A DNA stretch of 64,000 nt from Eledone cirrhosa (Eukaryota), in NCBI GenBank assembly GCA_964016885.1, contig OZ024743.1, positions 245,210,001 through 245,274,000 of the forward strand. Reading direction: 5' to 3'. This document shows, piece after piece, positions 1 to 11,654 of this stretch (the first letter of the stretch is position 1; every line of letters begins with the position of its first letter). The translations under genes and the position numbers were made by a program. Below the pieces are notes generated by a model that was given only the letters and a program-made list of their open reading frames with translations, did no database searches and was not told the origin of the DNA.

Positions 1-24
1 ACACACACAAAAAAAAAAACATCA

Positions 25-400
25 CAAACACCACAGGTTGATAATTCCTAATATTTTAGAATTTTATTCCGTTCAGTTACGGATGTAATAAGCTTCACCC
101 TCGCCAGAGCATCCCGGGTGTGGGAAGGTGCAAAAGAGTCGCTAATTGTAGAGGCCCAATTGAGATCCATTTCTTTTCCAGGGGCAAAGGCAAGATCCCC
201 CAACCTCTTTCCATCGACGCTGGGCAAACCGGCTGGATGGGGGGTACTGACTCGACCCAGGACCCACTTAATAATTAGGTTCAGCTCGATATGACGGGGA
301 AAGCAATCTCCGTTCAGACGATATGAAGACGTGTAGTCAAGGGACCTGTCACACGATGTTTAAATATAGGGACCCACTTTCACTTTGTAAAAAAGCAACT
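25..400 (-). mobile_element. Degenerate CRE-clade non-LTR retrotransposon fragment (restriction-like endonuclease region)
   Basis: Minus translation 'FPRHIELNLIIKWVL...GLPSVDGKRLGD...WASTISDSFAPS...ERNKILKY*EL' follows the CRE pattern RH..LN..I...DGKRPDG...WD.T..DTFA...E..K..KY, with stops. Confidence 0.7.
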
Positions 401-526
401 GACAGTCGGTAGCGGTTGCAGGTTCAGTGACAGGCAGATAGATAACAACTTAAACAATTTCTTTTAACTTAAGCTGAAAGCCAATTTTTATGTAATCGAA
501 CTGTACACAGTCGGTTGGTATATATA

Positions 527-565
527 TACTAGCAGAATGGCCCGGCGTTGCTCAGGATTTGCTCT
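527..565 (-). mobile_element. Helitron-like 3' terminus
   Basis: tatactagcagaatggcccggcgttgc: CTAG end preceded (on the minus strand) by a GC-rich hairpin-like tract, next to a TA run. Confidence 0.45.
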
Positions 566-1127
566 AGGGTTCTTATATATTTGATATATATTTATCCTTA
601 TCGAGCCTCGTGAAATAAATACGTTTGTTTATATTTTGTTATTGTGTATGCAAAAATATCTGTACATGAATATATAATTATATATATATATATATATATT
701 AAAATAACAGATTAAAGTTTAATGGGCTGCAGCAAAGCCCCGCACCCTTCCGCCACAGTATTTTAAGGGCTTCAAACTATTATTATTATTTTGCTTCTTT
801 AAATAATACTCAAAGGCCCTGATTAAATTTTCAGTCAGGGGACCCATGTATTTGACTGGTATTTTATTTTATCGGCCTTAGGAGGATGAAAGGCAAGGTT
901 GATCTCGGTGGGATTTGAACACAGAATGTAAAGAGTCGGAACAAACAAGGCAAAGCATTTTGTTCAATGCTCTAATGATTCTGTCAGTCCACCGTCCTTG
1001 TTCGTGTTTGTTGTAGATTTATTTTGTTGTTGATCTCGTATTTCTTTTGCATACATTTTGATTGTCTCTTTTCGGATTGGATAAAAATAAACATCAGTTC
1101 TACGTGTGTATCAAACACTGATATCCT

Positions 1128-1225
1128 TTAGATGGATAATGCAGAACGGATAAACCTGTGCCGTTTGTATCTTTTCCGTCTTTTATTTGGTTTAAAGAAT
1201 TTTCCGACGCTGCACAGTATTTCTT
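1128..1225 (-). CDS. Candidate unknown small gene, last coding exon (E-EILCSVGKFFKPNKRRKRYKRHRFIRSALSI*)
   Basis: Acceptor ttcgtttag|, in-frame TAA at 1130-1128, and AATAAA on the minus strand at 1023-1018. Confidence 0.3.
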
Positions 1226-1231
1226 CTAAAC

Positions 1232-1271
<40 letters not shown>

Positions 1272-1276
<5 letters not shown>

Positions 1277-2062
1277 ACTTCCACACCGATCTCAAGCTGT
1301 CGCACGCCGCCCAGGCTTTGCTCTTCCTCTCAACCACATCATCTTCCGTATTCCCAATCTTTGCTCCCAAATACAGGAAGCCCTCAACCAATTCTAGCGA
1401 CTTCCCGCCTACATTAGTGATCCCCTATGGCTTCTCAACATTCTCTACCAGATATTTTGTTTTAGTCTCATTCATTCTCAGTCCCATACTCATCGACACA
1501 GTCTCAACCCCCCGCATCAAATCCTCTGCCTCCTTCACTGTATTTGTCACCAAAACTATGTCGTCGGCAAATTCAGCATCTGATACCTTTTTCGCCTTAA
1601 CTCTCCTGCTCTGAGCCGGTGCTACAGTAAAGACCTGAAAATCCGCCTCTTCATTACTGTAGTGGAGTCTGTGCTGCTGTACGGGTCTGAGACTTGGACA
1701 CTGACCAAGAAACTCACTCAGATGGTGGATGGGTGCTACACGAGAATGCTGAGGATGGCTCTGAACATTAATCAGTATACACTGAGGGTGAAAAACTCAG
1801 AGCTGTATGGGAGCCTCCCAAAAGTCAGCTCAAAAGTGACACAGAGGGGACTGTGGTTAGCTGGACATGCTCACCGACATTGCACTCAGTGCTCTTGTGG
1901 GAGCCCCTACATGGACACACTGGAAGAGGAAGACCAAGGTTAACGTATGTTGATGCCCTAAGGACAGACACTGGTCTGTTGGAGACGCAGGACATGGCAG
2001 CGATAATGAGGGACAGAGACCGCTAGAGAGAACTCGTCCATGGATCTCGGGAATTTTACACG

Positions 2063-2065
<3 letters not shown>
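1272..2065. mobile_element. RTE/RTEX-like LINE remnant with an inverted 5' part
   Basis: 1272-1650 (-) encodes RT 'AEFADDIVLV...FLYLG...AWAACDSLRSVWKSD'. 1660-2065 (+) encodes the next segment 'ESVLLYGSETWTLT...DGCYTRMLRMALN'. (TA)n on both sides. Confidence 0.85.
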
Positions 2066-2102
<37 letters not shown>

Positions 2103-2308
2103 GCGCGCGCGCATAAAGAGAGAGTGAATGAGAAAGAGACTAGACAGAAGAGAGAGTTGCTTAGCCCCAGATTATCTCTGTGGCAAATAAAGAAAGATAT
2201 CTATATATACACGCATACATACACAATTTTATTTACCTAGTGTTATCAGTCGATATAAAAAAAAAACGCCTCAGAGAACGCTGGAGTTTCCCCCTAATAA
2301 TTTCTTAC

Positions 2309-2358
2309 CTAGGAATAATGCCAATTTTTCGTACGAGATGGCAGTGATGATTAGTCGA
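2309..2358 (-). CDS. Candidate unknown small gene, 50-nt internal exon (D-RLIITAISYEKLALFL)
   Basis: Strong acceptor tactttcag| and strong donor AG|gtaaga on the minus strand. The frame is open and compatible with both neighbouring candidate exons. Confidence 0.4.
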
Positions 2359-2549
2359 CTGAAAGTACACACACATTTACTAGTATTTATATCTTTAACA
2401 CCATCACCAACCCTCCTCGACCCTGAGGAGACGAAAAACGATACCGGCGATTTTGAACAGTGAAGTAGTATCAGTCTAAAGTAGTTTAGTCCGGCATCAG
2501 ACAGAAAACATTCTCAAACATATATATTATACTGTTATTATAACAATGA

Positions 2550-2940
2550 TAATTGTTTCTATTTTAGGCACAAGGCCAGCAATTACCCAGTACATTACTG
2601 GTACTTTATTTTATCGACCCCCGTAAGGATGAAAGGCAAAGTTAACCTCGGCCGGATTTGAACTTAGATCGTAAAGGGACGTAACTATGCTGGAAAGCAT
2701 GTCCGACCCTCTACCGATACTGCCAATTCAATGATAATAAATTATAATTAATTGTTTCTACGTTAGGCACAAGGCCATAAATTATCCAGTGCATTACTGG
2801 TACTTTATTTTATCGACCCCGTAAGGATGAAAGGCAAAGTTAACCTCGGCGGGATTTGAACTCAGAATGGCAAGGGCGGTAACTCTATACGTCAAAGCAT
2901 GGCGTCCGACGCTCTACCAATACTGCCAATCCACCGCCCT
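2550..2940 (-). mobile_element. Two tandem copies of tRNA-derived SINE family A
   Basis: Reverse complement of the ~185-bp unit ggattggcagtatcggtagag...gagttcaaatcccgccgagg...gcctttcatccttacggggtcgataaaataaagtacc...gtagaaacaatta, which has A- and B-box-like motifs. Confidence 0.9.
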
Positions 2941-5055
2941 AAATGTTTATGGTTTGTTTTCCAGCCAACATTGTCAGTAAATACAGGAACATATTTACTG
3001 TAGAGAGAGGGAATGACTAAGTTAGTGTGGGGTGAATGAGGGATGTAGTAAGAAAGATGGAGTGTGAGAGAGAGTTAGTGGCGAAGGAAGACAGTTAGCA
3101 ATGCAAAGAGAGAGAGAAAAAGAGAGAGTAACAGAATAGTGAGTGAGAAAGAAAGGACGGGGTGATAATACAAACATAATTTTGTCAATTAATTTATGTA
3201 ATTATTTTAAATTAAGAAAAAAACTTACTTAGATGCAATCACAAATCACGTTAATTACTGAGAAGTTTTGTTTATTTTCTTCTCCGAAACAATAAATGTG
3301 ATTGATGACAGATGTGAATGTATTGAAAAGTATAACAACACTAAAAAAAACATGGCAACAAGGCGTTTTTAGTGACTAGTTCGGCTAGAAATAGCAGCCA
3401 CATTTTCTTCACATCACACTCTACTATCTTTAGAAAGAAAGGTCATCTTGGATAACTAATCAGCAAAATCCTATAAGCTGTCTATATTGAAGTGAAAGTA
3501 AAATCAGCCGATCCGATGAACCGGATGTTTTGATTAAACGATTGTAATTAAAGAAGGGAATCAATAATAAAACAAAAGCGAAAAATATGTAGTTAACTTC
3601 AAATGTAAAATTCATTTACGGAATAAATATGTTTAAATATATATATATGTGTGTGTGTGCGTGCATAGAATATAAACAGAAGTCAGGTGTAGGTAGATAG
3701 GTAGTATATGTGTGTGTGTGTGTGTGATCTAGTCTTAGATACACTATATCTAGAAAAAAATAGGTTTGTCTCAGCCAGAACGAGTAGGGCTTAGTGTGAT
3801 TAACTGACGTCTCGTCATTGAAGGGAGAAGCGTTAGAGCAGCGAACAAAATACTTAGCGTTCTAGATTTAAATCCTGCCGAAGTCAACTTTGCCTCCGTC
3901 TTTTTGCGGGGTAGACAGACCGACAGAGTAGGTAGGTGGACAGACAGGGAGATATGGAGAACTGACCCTTAACCTGCATTGATAGATTTGAAGACAGTTA
4001 CACCAATGTTTTTTTCGAAAGGATGAAAGGCCAGGTTGACCTCGGCGGGATTTGAACTCAAAGAACAGAGAGCGGGAACGAATAAGACAAAGCATTCTAT
4101 CTGACGTTCGAACGACTCTGCCAATTTATCATATGATAGCTAAAGATAGAAACAGTTGATCATTAAAGCTAGATAGAGAAGAAGAATCAAATTATCATTT
4201 CCTTTTCAAAGTTAGCGCAGTGATTGTCATATGACCCTTGTTTTCGTATGAAAAGCATCATATTGCCTTTATCTTTTAAGAATAACTGAGTATTTCAGAT
4301 TGATCTATTTTCAAAAAATTTCAACTTATTGTATTTGGAGTTATTCCCCTTCTTCCTTGATTTTTTTTTTTTTTTTAGATTTTGAAGACTGGGAATTTTT
4401 GTTTACAAATTGTATTTATAATTCCAGTTAATTGTGGGTTTGTGACTAGATATATAATGTATTACCTGTCTGACATTGGACTTAGGAAGGATAGTAAAAC
4501 AATGATTCATGAACTTGGGAGATAGGTAGAAAATATAAAGCGCTCATTAATAATATGGTAGGGTGGTTGATGGCAGAATCATTACAGCTTTAGAAAAAAT
4601 GTTTTGCAGTATTTAGTTACAGCTTTCTAAGTTCGAATCCTGCTAAAACCAACTTTACCATTCGCCCTACTGGTGTCAAAATAAATTACCTCTCAAGTTC
4701 TGGGATTCAATTGAACCCGTTCGTTACCGTATTTTAAATAAGGTACACTGCCTATGTGTTTCAGATAATTTTGAAAATAATCAAGAATTTGGAGGGATTT
4801 AGTAGTATAACTAACCTTTTCGTTATTAAGCTGGTGTTTGGAGCACCATTTAAAGATCTTATCTAAAATTATGATGGAAGGTTTTAGATAAGCATAAACA
4901 CTTTAAAATATAGTTGTTTTTTTTTTGGTATCAAAAGTGTTAAACCAATTTTACTTCCCCTCAAATTGCTGGCTGTGTGCCTAAACTAAAAACCATTATT
5001 GATATAGCAGAGGCAGGTAAGAGAAAAATCAAAATTGAGAGCAAAGAACATATAC

Positions 5056-5171
5056 TCAGCAAGTAGTGAAGACAATAGTTGATGCATGGTTGGAGTGCTT
5101 ATGGTTGTATGGATAATACGGGGAAACATTCTAGTTCGGACGAAAAGAAGCTGTATATTCTGTGGAAGCAT
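5056..5171 (-). CDS. Candidate unknown small gene, first coding exon (MLPQNIQLLFVRTRMFPRIIHTTISTPTMHQLLSSLLA); exon spans 5189-5056
   Basis: Minus-strand acceptor tatttcag| before 5189 and donor GA|gtatat at 5055. Apparently unique sequence that splices in frame to 2358-2309. Confidence 0.3.
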
Positions 5172-6249
5172 CAATGCTACTCAGTATATCTGAAATATGC
5201 TATTATCTTTTATTTCACCCACTTTACATACTGGCAGGAGTTGAACAAGTTGTCACAGTCTGAGTCAATTTTTATTCAGAGTTACTACATGCTTAAACAG
5301 GTCAGGACACCATGTCTCAATCATACATTTCATTTTTGACAGTCTTTCTTCAGCTGTGTGCTTTTCGTAATGCTAGCCACACTTTATAGAATGTATTGGG
5401 TGCATTTTATTGTGCCACCAACTTAACTGAAGGGCCTTCACAACCTTATATTGTTTCTGCCTGTTCATCAGTCACTTTATAGTGTAATGGGTACATTTCA
5501 TTGTGAAGTTGCTTTGTACTTTATAAGACTAACAAGACCTCACTACTCTATATTGCCTCTGTTAATTCAAAGCAATGTAACAAAAGAGGTGAATAGGAAA
5601 GAGAACAATAACAGAAGAATCAGGGTGTGTGGCTGGAAGCAGCAAGATTATGATCAAAGAAACAGAATGAGTGGAGTGATGATGGTAACAGAGGGAGAGT
5701 AAAGGAAGAGGGATAGTCATAGCAGCTGCATGTTTACAGGTGAAAACGAGAGACAGATAGCAAGTAATGGATAGTAATATATGAGTGGTGGCTGACAGCA
5801 TAGAAAGGATGGTGGTAGGGTGTATCAGATACTAACAAATCCAACATAATACCTCATACATAGCCATCATAAAGGAATTAGAAGTGAGCATGAATGGTGC
5901 AAAGGTTTCAAAGAGATGAGGGAAGCAGGAGGAGATTTAACATGGACATATTGGGCAAGAGGCCCAAATATAAATATATTATATCTTCCAGCCTCCATTA
6001 TTACCACCATTTTAACATTCATTTCACCATGTGCGTATTTAATAACGAAACTATTTTTTTACTGTTTGGTCAGGGCAGTGCCCATGACCATTCCCAGGGC
6101 TTCTGAAATGGATGGGAGAGGAGGAAGAAGGTATCTTCGGGCTAGAAACCTCATCTGAATGCTTGCAACAACATGGACTCTGCTAAAGGCAACCAATGAC
6201 CAGGTGCTGGTGTTAAGTCTACCACTCAAGTAGGGTATAGAGCAATTTG

Positions 6250-6890
6250 AACTCAGAACAAGGAATGTGGTATATGCACTGGTGCAATAAGTAGCAAGCG
6301 CTCACATGAAACAGACACTATCAAATGCTCAGATGGCTCTCTATAAGTAGTTAATAGTTTCTACAACCTGAGGAACTTAATTATCTGTGAGGGAGAAAGA
6401 TCTGAAAGTACAGTGACTAGAGTGAGAACAGCGGGGAAAAGTTCAGGGTAGCTCAGCTGGCAGTAAAGAGTTTCTCCCTCAGGTTAAATTCTGACTCTAA
6501 AATGTCTGTGTGTGAACTGTGATGCTACATGAAAGTGAGACTTGGGCCATGAATGCAGAAGATCTGCAATGATTGGAGAGAAAGAAATGAGGTAAGCATG
6601 CTTCAATTGATGTGTAATGACAGTGTGCAACAACACAAAAGCATTAATGAACTAAGAGAAAAGCTGAACATATGAGAGATTAGATGCAGTGTACAACAGA
6701 GAAGACTATGCTGGTGATGTGTATAAAGAATGACAATTGCATAAAAACACACTCCATGTTAGTGGAAAATGTGGAATAGGTAGAACAAGGAAAACTCGGG
6801 ATGAAGTGGTAAAGCTGAATCTTATGAAGGAAATGACACAAGATTGAGTTGACAGGAGATATACTGTACTGCAGAAGACTCATCTTCCCA
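6250..6890 (+). mobile_element. Old degenerate RTE LINE fragment
   Basis: Decayed matches to the 10.2-11.1 kb and 11.7-13.2 kb copies (gtgagacttgggc, gaagatctgca, gaactaagagaaaagctg). Confidence 0.7.
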
Positions 6891-8116
6891 CCTGAGCAGG
6901 ATGAAACAAGTATGGAGAGGATGGGGATAAAAATAGAGAGTTTGCAAAAATCCCCATCTCCTTGCCAGATTTGCCCCTTTCCATTTCCCTACCTCATTGT
7001 CTAATCTCCCTCTCTCACCTAAGTATACCCTTCATACATATAATCTACCTCCCTCTTTCTCCTCCACCACCTTAGTCCAGCGTATTCACATCCCTGATTC
7101 CTCATTCCCTGTCCAACCCACGATAGCATGGAAAAACAGACGCAGCCCTCTCCCCCATAGTGTACTGCCAGATGTTGTCTGTTCACCCTCTTATGCCCAG
7201 TTTTCCCTCCAGCATACACACCTGAGTTCCTCCTCTGCCACTTTAGTATTCCCATCCTCCCTGATCCTCGGCTCCTGCTTCAATTATGCAAGCATCTAGA
7301 AACATATGCACCCTACAATACACCGCAAGGCCACCTTTCTCTCTCACCACATTCTCAGCAAGCACCATGTAGCCCCTTGCTACAATGAAATGCACTGAGC
7401 CCACAGTAACGTAGTAGGCTGATGCCAGGATAAATGCACTCAACCCACTCTGTAAAGTGGTAGTACTGGTGCCATGCTAAACACACAACCTACCTTGTTA
7501 AGTAGTAGTGGTGGTGCCACAATAAAACACATGTAGTGGTTGGCATTAATAAAGGGAAACTATGTTAAAAAACGTAGGTAATTAAGAAGACATAGTCATT
7601 TGACATGTCTGGCCTCTAACCCATGCAAGTATGGAAAATAAACGAAAAATGGTTTTCTTCTTCAAAATTTTAAATACCTTTTTTTAATTGCAGGCGTTCT
7701 GACCATTTTTTTACATTTTAAGCGTTTGGATTCTCCTATACTAGTATCACCAAGAGATAGGCTGGAAATAAAAACAAAATATATCTGTTGATGTTGTGAT
7801 TTAGGCCTTCGGTCAGCCCTGATCCAACAAATATAGATCAAGGACGTTTCAAACATCTCGACATATTTCCAGGTAGTGTTTAATTATCTGATATGGCCTC
7901 CCTGCCTTCTTTATGCTCTTAAAACAACAAAATATGATTTAAAGACAATTTGGGAAGGGTGGGATTTTTGGCACAGTGCAATGGTGACTATTTCGTGTAT
8001 TGGGGTGGCTTTCAATGCCGACAATAATATGATTATTCAAGCCAGTTACTACAATGCACCATACGAGGTACGTACGTTTTGTTGATCACTGAGGACCAGC
8101 TTGTTTAACATGTACT

Positions 8117-8212
<96 letters not shown>

Positions 8213-8404
8213 TATTGTTATATTTGGGGAGGGTCATATTGTTATAATATTGCCAGAAATAATAACAGAACAAACTCAGTTTGGTTTGGGTTGGTTTTCA
8301 CTTCTGTATATTTTATATCTCCATAGTTAATTTATTTGGCAATCAATATTTATCATTGATTCACCAACAGTTAAAAATACAGATATAAACATATATATAT
8401 AGTC

Positions 8405-8448
8405 TATCAAAGTTCTTTCGTCACACATCTGTGACATCATCAGTGATA
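8405..8448 (-). ncRNA. Minimal type-I hammerhead ribozyme-like motif (Penelope-like remnant)
   Basis: Minus strand TATCA-CTGATGA-T-GTCAC(agatgt)GTGAC-GAAA-GAACTT-TGATA: stems I and II pair perfectly around the hammerhead core. The cleavage triplet is non-optimal. Confidence 0.65.
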
Positions 8449-8615
8449 CTATTATGTTTCCTCCCGTTGTATTTTAATACATACGCCATTTTTATTTTTC
8501 AAATATATATATATTTATCAGCCTGCCCGCCCAGCCAGTGGGATAGCGTCATCATATGGCTAAAACAGCATATGCTGTGACCCGCGGCGCCCGACACACT
8601 GGTCGGTCAAGGTAA

Positions 8616-9320
8616 TATATATATATACATAAATATATGCACATACATATATATACATACATACACACACATATATATATATATACACATACACATATAT
8701 ATATATACATACATATACACACATATATATATATATACACATACACATATATATATATACATACATATACACATATATATATATACATACATATACACAC
8801 ATATATATATATACATACATATTTATACATATATATGTACACATACATATACATATATATATACATATATATACATATATACAAATGACCAAGTTAGCTA
8901 GGTTCAAAGGCAGTTGCCCGATATAGGTTTGTTATTTTTATTGATTTATTACTTTAAATTGAGACAAGCAAATCATATTGTTTTAAATTAGTATTTTTTC
9001 AACCTATCTAACTTGGTCATTTGCAATTGGAACACATGTATAGTTGTATTGGTGTTCATCCCTCTCATATATTCAATTATATTACATATATACATATACA
9101 TATATATATATATCTATATATATATACATATATATATATATACATATATATAAATATATATACATATATATATATATATATACATACATATATATAAATA
9201 TACATATATATACATACATATATATACATATACATGCATGCATATATACATACATATAAGTATATACATATATATAGATACATATATATATATATATTTA
9301 TATATATACATATATATATA
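8616..9320. repeat. (TA)n/(TACA)n compound microsatellites, interrupted by a short inverted-repeat element
   Basis: Seen directly; these tracts are the source of the YIYI/CVYI ORFs. Confidence 0.97.
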
Positions 9321-10104
9321 TCATCATCATCATCAGTATCGTTTAAGGTCTATCTTCCATGCTAGCATGGGTTTAGACGGGAGTTGTCCTACTTGAGGCA
9401 AGAATGGTCGAGTGACCATGTCTCGCTCATATAGGACTGTCTGGCAGGTTTTCTATGGCTGGATACCCTTTCTAACACTAACTACGTTTACAGTGTGGAC
9501 TGGGAGGTTTTTACCGTGCTACCTACACGGCCACATTACAGCGTGGACTGTGTTTATTTTTGCCGTGACACCTTCACGACCTCATTTATTTTGGACTGGA
9601 TGTTGTGATACCAACTTTACAAAGAAAGGGTGGTGTTGGTGGGAGTGGGGGGGTATATATTTGGTTAAGAGGTGCCTACTGAATGTAGGTTTCGCTTTGT
9701 ACATAGGCAAGACGGATCTTCTGTATTACTGCGTAGCGCCAAAGATCTTGGTCTAGTGACATTGTCTTAGAGAGGTGTAAGTGTGTAAGGTCGGAATTTA
9801 TCAAATCATCCCAGGTTTTTCTGGGTCTACCTACTCCGTAACTTCCATCAATTTTGATCGCCCTGCACTTTTTTATACAGCTGTCGTCTTTTATGCGTAT
9901 CACGTGACCATACCAACATAGTCTTCTCTCGAGTAAACAGCATCTGATCCTTCTTATTCCTAATTTCTCACTTAGTTCATTTATGCTTTGCCGTTCGCGT
10001 ATATTACTATTACCCATCCAAAGGTGCAGGGATGCTCTGTTCCTCTCCAGTCTGCGCAGATCCTCTGCACACAAAGCCCATATCTCACTGCCATGTAACA
10101 TTGC

Positions 10105-10108
<4 letters not shown>
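9320..10108 (-). mobile_element. 5'-truncated RTE-clade LINE with (GAT)n tail
   Basis: 'TAMLHGSEIWAL...RRLCWYGHVIR...GRPRKTW' followed by a 3' UTR ending in gatgatgat. Confidence 0.92.
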
Positions 10109-10146
<38 letters not shown>

Positions 10147-10157
10147 CATATATATAT

Positions 10158-11118
10158 TGCTGGGACAGCAATCAGCAAACAGCCATAGGAAACAAGCACC
10201 ACCAAACTCTGGGAGGGCTCTGTAGAAACCATAGACAGCTTCTGCTACCTAGGTGACCAAATTAGCAGCAGAGGTGGGTGTTCAGAAAGTACAATAACTA
10301 GGGTAAGAACGGGATGGAAGAAGTTCAGGGAGCTACTGCCACTGCTAGCTGCAAAAGGCTTTTCCCTCAAAATAAAAAGCAGACTGTATGATGCATGTAT
10401 ACGAACAGCAATGTTACATAGTAGTGAGACCTGGGCGCTGTCTGTAGAAGACTTGCGTAGATTAGAAAGAAACGAAGTCTGCATGCTCCGATGGATGTGT
10501 AATAGTAATATACGTGAACGGCAAAGCATAAACGAATTGAGAGAGAGACTGAGTATAAGAGGAATCAAAGGCTGTGTGCAGGAGAGGCGGTTGCATTGGT
10601 ATGGACATGTGATGCATATGAAGGATGACAGCTGCATAAAAAGGTGTAGAGCACTAGAAGTTGATGGAAGCCGCGGAGTGGGGAGACCCAAGAAGACCCG
10701 GGATGAGGTGATAAAAGCCGACCATACCCAATTACACCTCTCAAAGGTGATGACATACGACCATGACCTCTGGCATCACGGAATAATACAGAAGACCCGA
10801 ACCCCCACGGGTACAAGCCGAAGCTGAAGCATATAGACAATATGCCCCCACTGCAAAGTGGTCGTGGAGGTGCCACGGCAAAAAAGCACCCAGCCCACAC
10901 TGTAAAGTGGGCGTGTAGGCGCCACGGAAAAAAAGCACCCAGCACTCACTGTAAACGAGGTTGGTGTTAGGAAGGGCATCCAGCTGTAGAAATCAAGCCA
11001 GAATCAGTTCCCGTATGAGCAAGACATGGTCAGCCGACTGGCTGCTGCCCACAACAGGACAACCTGTCTAACCCATGCTAGTGTGGAAGAGCGGACGTAA
11101 AACGGTGATGATGATGAT
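10158..11118 (+). mobile_element. 5'-truncated RTE-clade LINE with (GAT)n tail
   Basis: 'FCYLGD...MLHSSETWAL...RRLHWYGHV...GRPKKT'; the 3' UTR ends cggacgtaaaacggtgatgatgatg. Confidence 0.92.
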
Positions 11119-11135
11119 ATATATATATACATATA

Positions 11136-11278
11136 TCATCATCACCATTTTACTTCCGTTCTTCCATGCTAGCATGGGTTAGACGGGTTGTCCTGTTGTG
11201 GGCAGTGTCCGGTCGGCTGACCTTACCTTGCTCATACGGGAACTGATTCTGGCTTGATTGCTACAGCTGGATGCCCTT
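11136..11278 (-). mobile_element. RTE-type 3' tail, inverted relative to 10972-11118
   Basis: Reverse complement of aagggcatccagctgtag...acccatgctag...gatgatg. Confidence 0.88.
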
Positions 11279-11309
11279 ATACATATATATATATATACAT
11301 ATAATATAC

Positions 11310-11455
11310 ATGTAATAAACAACATAAGACAATTATTCCATTTACCAAAGGTTTCATGAAGACAGAGGAGCTCGACACAGACGTCTGTGTCAAGCTCGTC
11401 TGTCTTCGTGAAACCTTTGGTAAATGGAATAATTGTCTTATGTTGTTTATTACAT
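11310..11455. repeat. 146-bp near-perfect palindrome
   Basis: 73-bp arms, no spacer (centre ...cagac|gtctg...), 3 mismatches. Confidence 0.97.
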
Positions 11456-11525
11456 AACTAAATAGCTCTGTAGCTTACATAGAGCACTCTCCTTTCCTAC
11501 AGAAACACTTAATATATATACAAAC

Positions 11526-11560
<35 letters not shown>

Positions 11561-11581
11561 CATATACATACATATATACAT

Positions 11582-11648
<67 letters not shown>

Positions 11649-11654
11649 TATAGT

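Noticed and set aside
1132-1614. 160-aa plus-strand ORF
   Set aside because: Antisense of a LINE RT fragment plus a TA repeat.
2420-2450. cctgaggagacgaaa as a hammerhead core
   Set aside because: No stem II or stem I pairing; better explained as a decayed SINE-A segment.
8049-9311. Many ORFs rich in YI/CV/HT repeats
   Set aside because: Translations of (TA)n/(TACA)n microsatellites, not genes.
10245-10945. 148-aa and 126-aa minus-strand ORFs
   Set aside because: Antisense frames of the RTE LINE.
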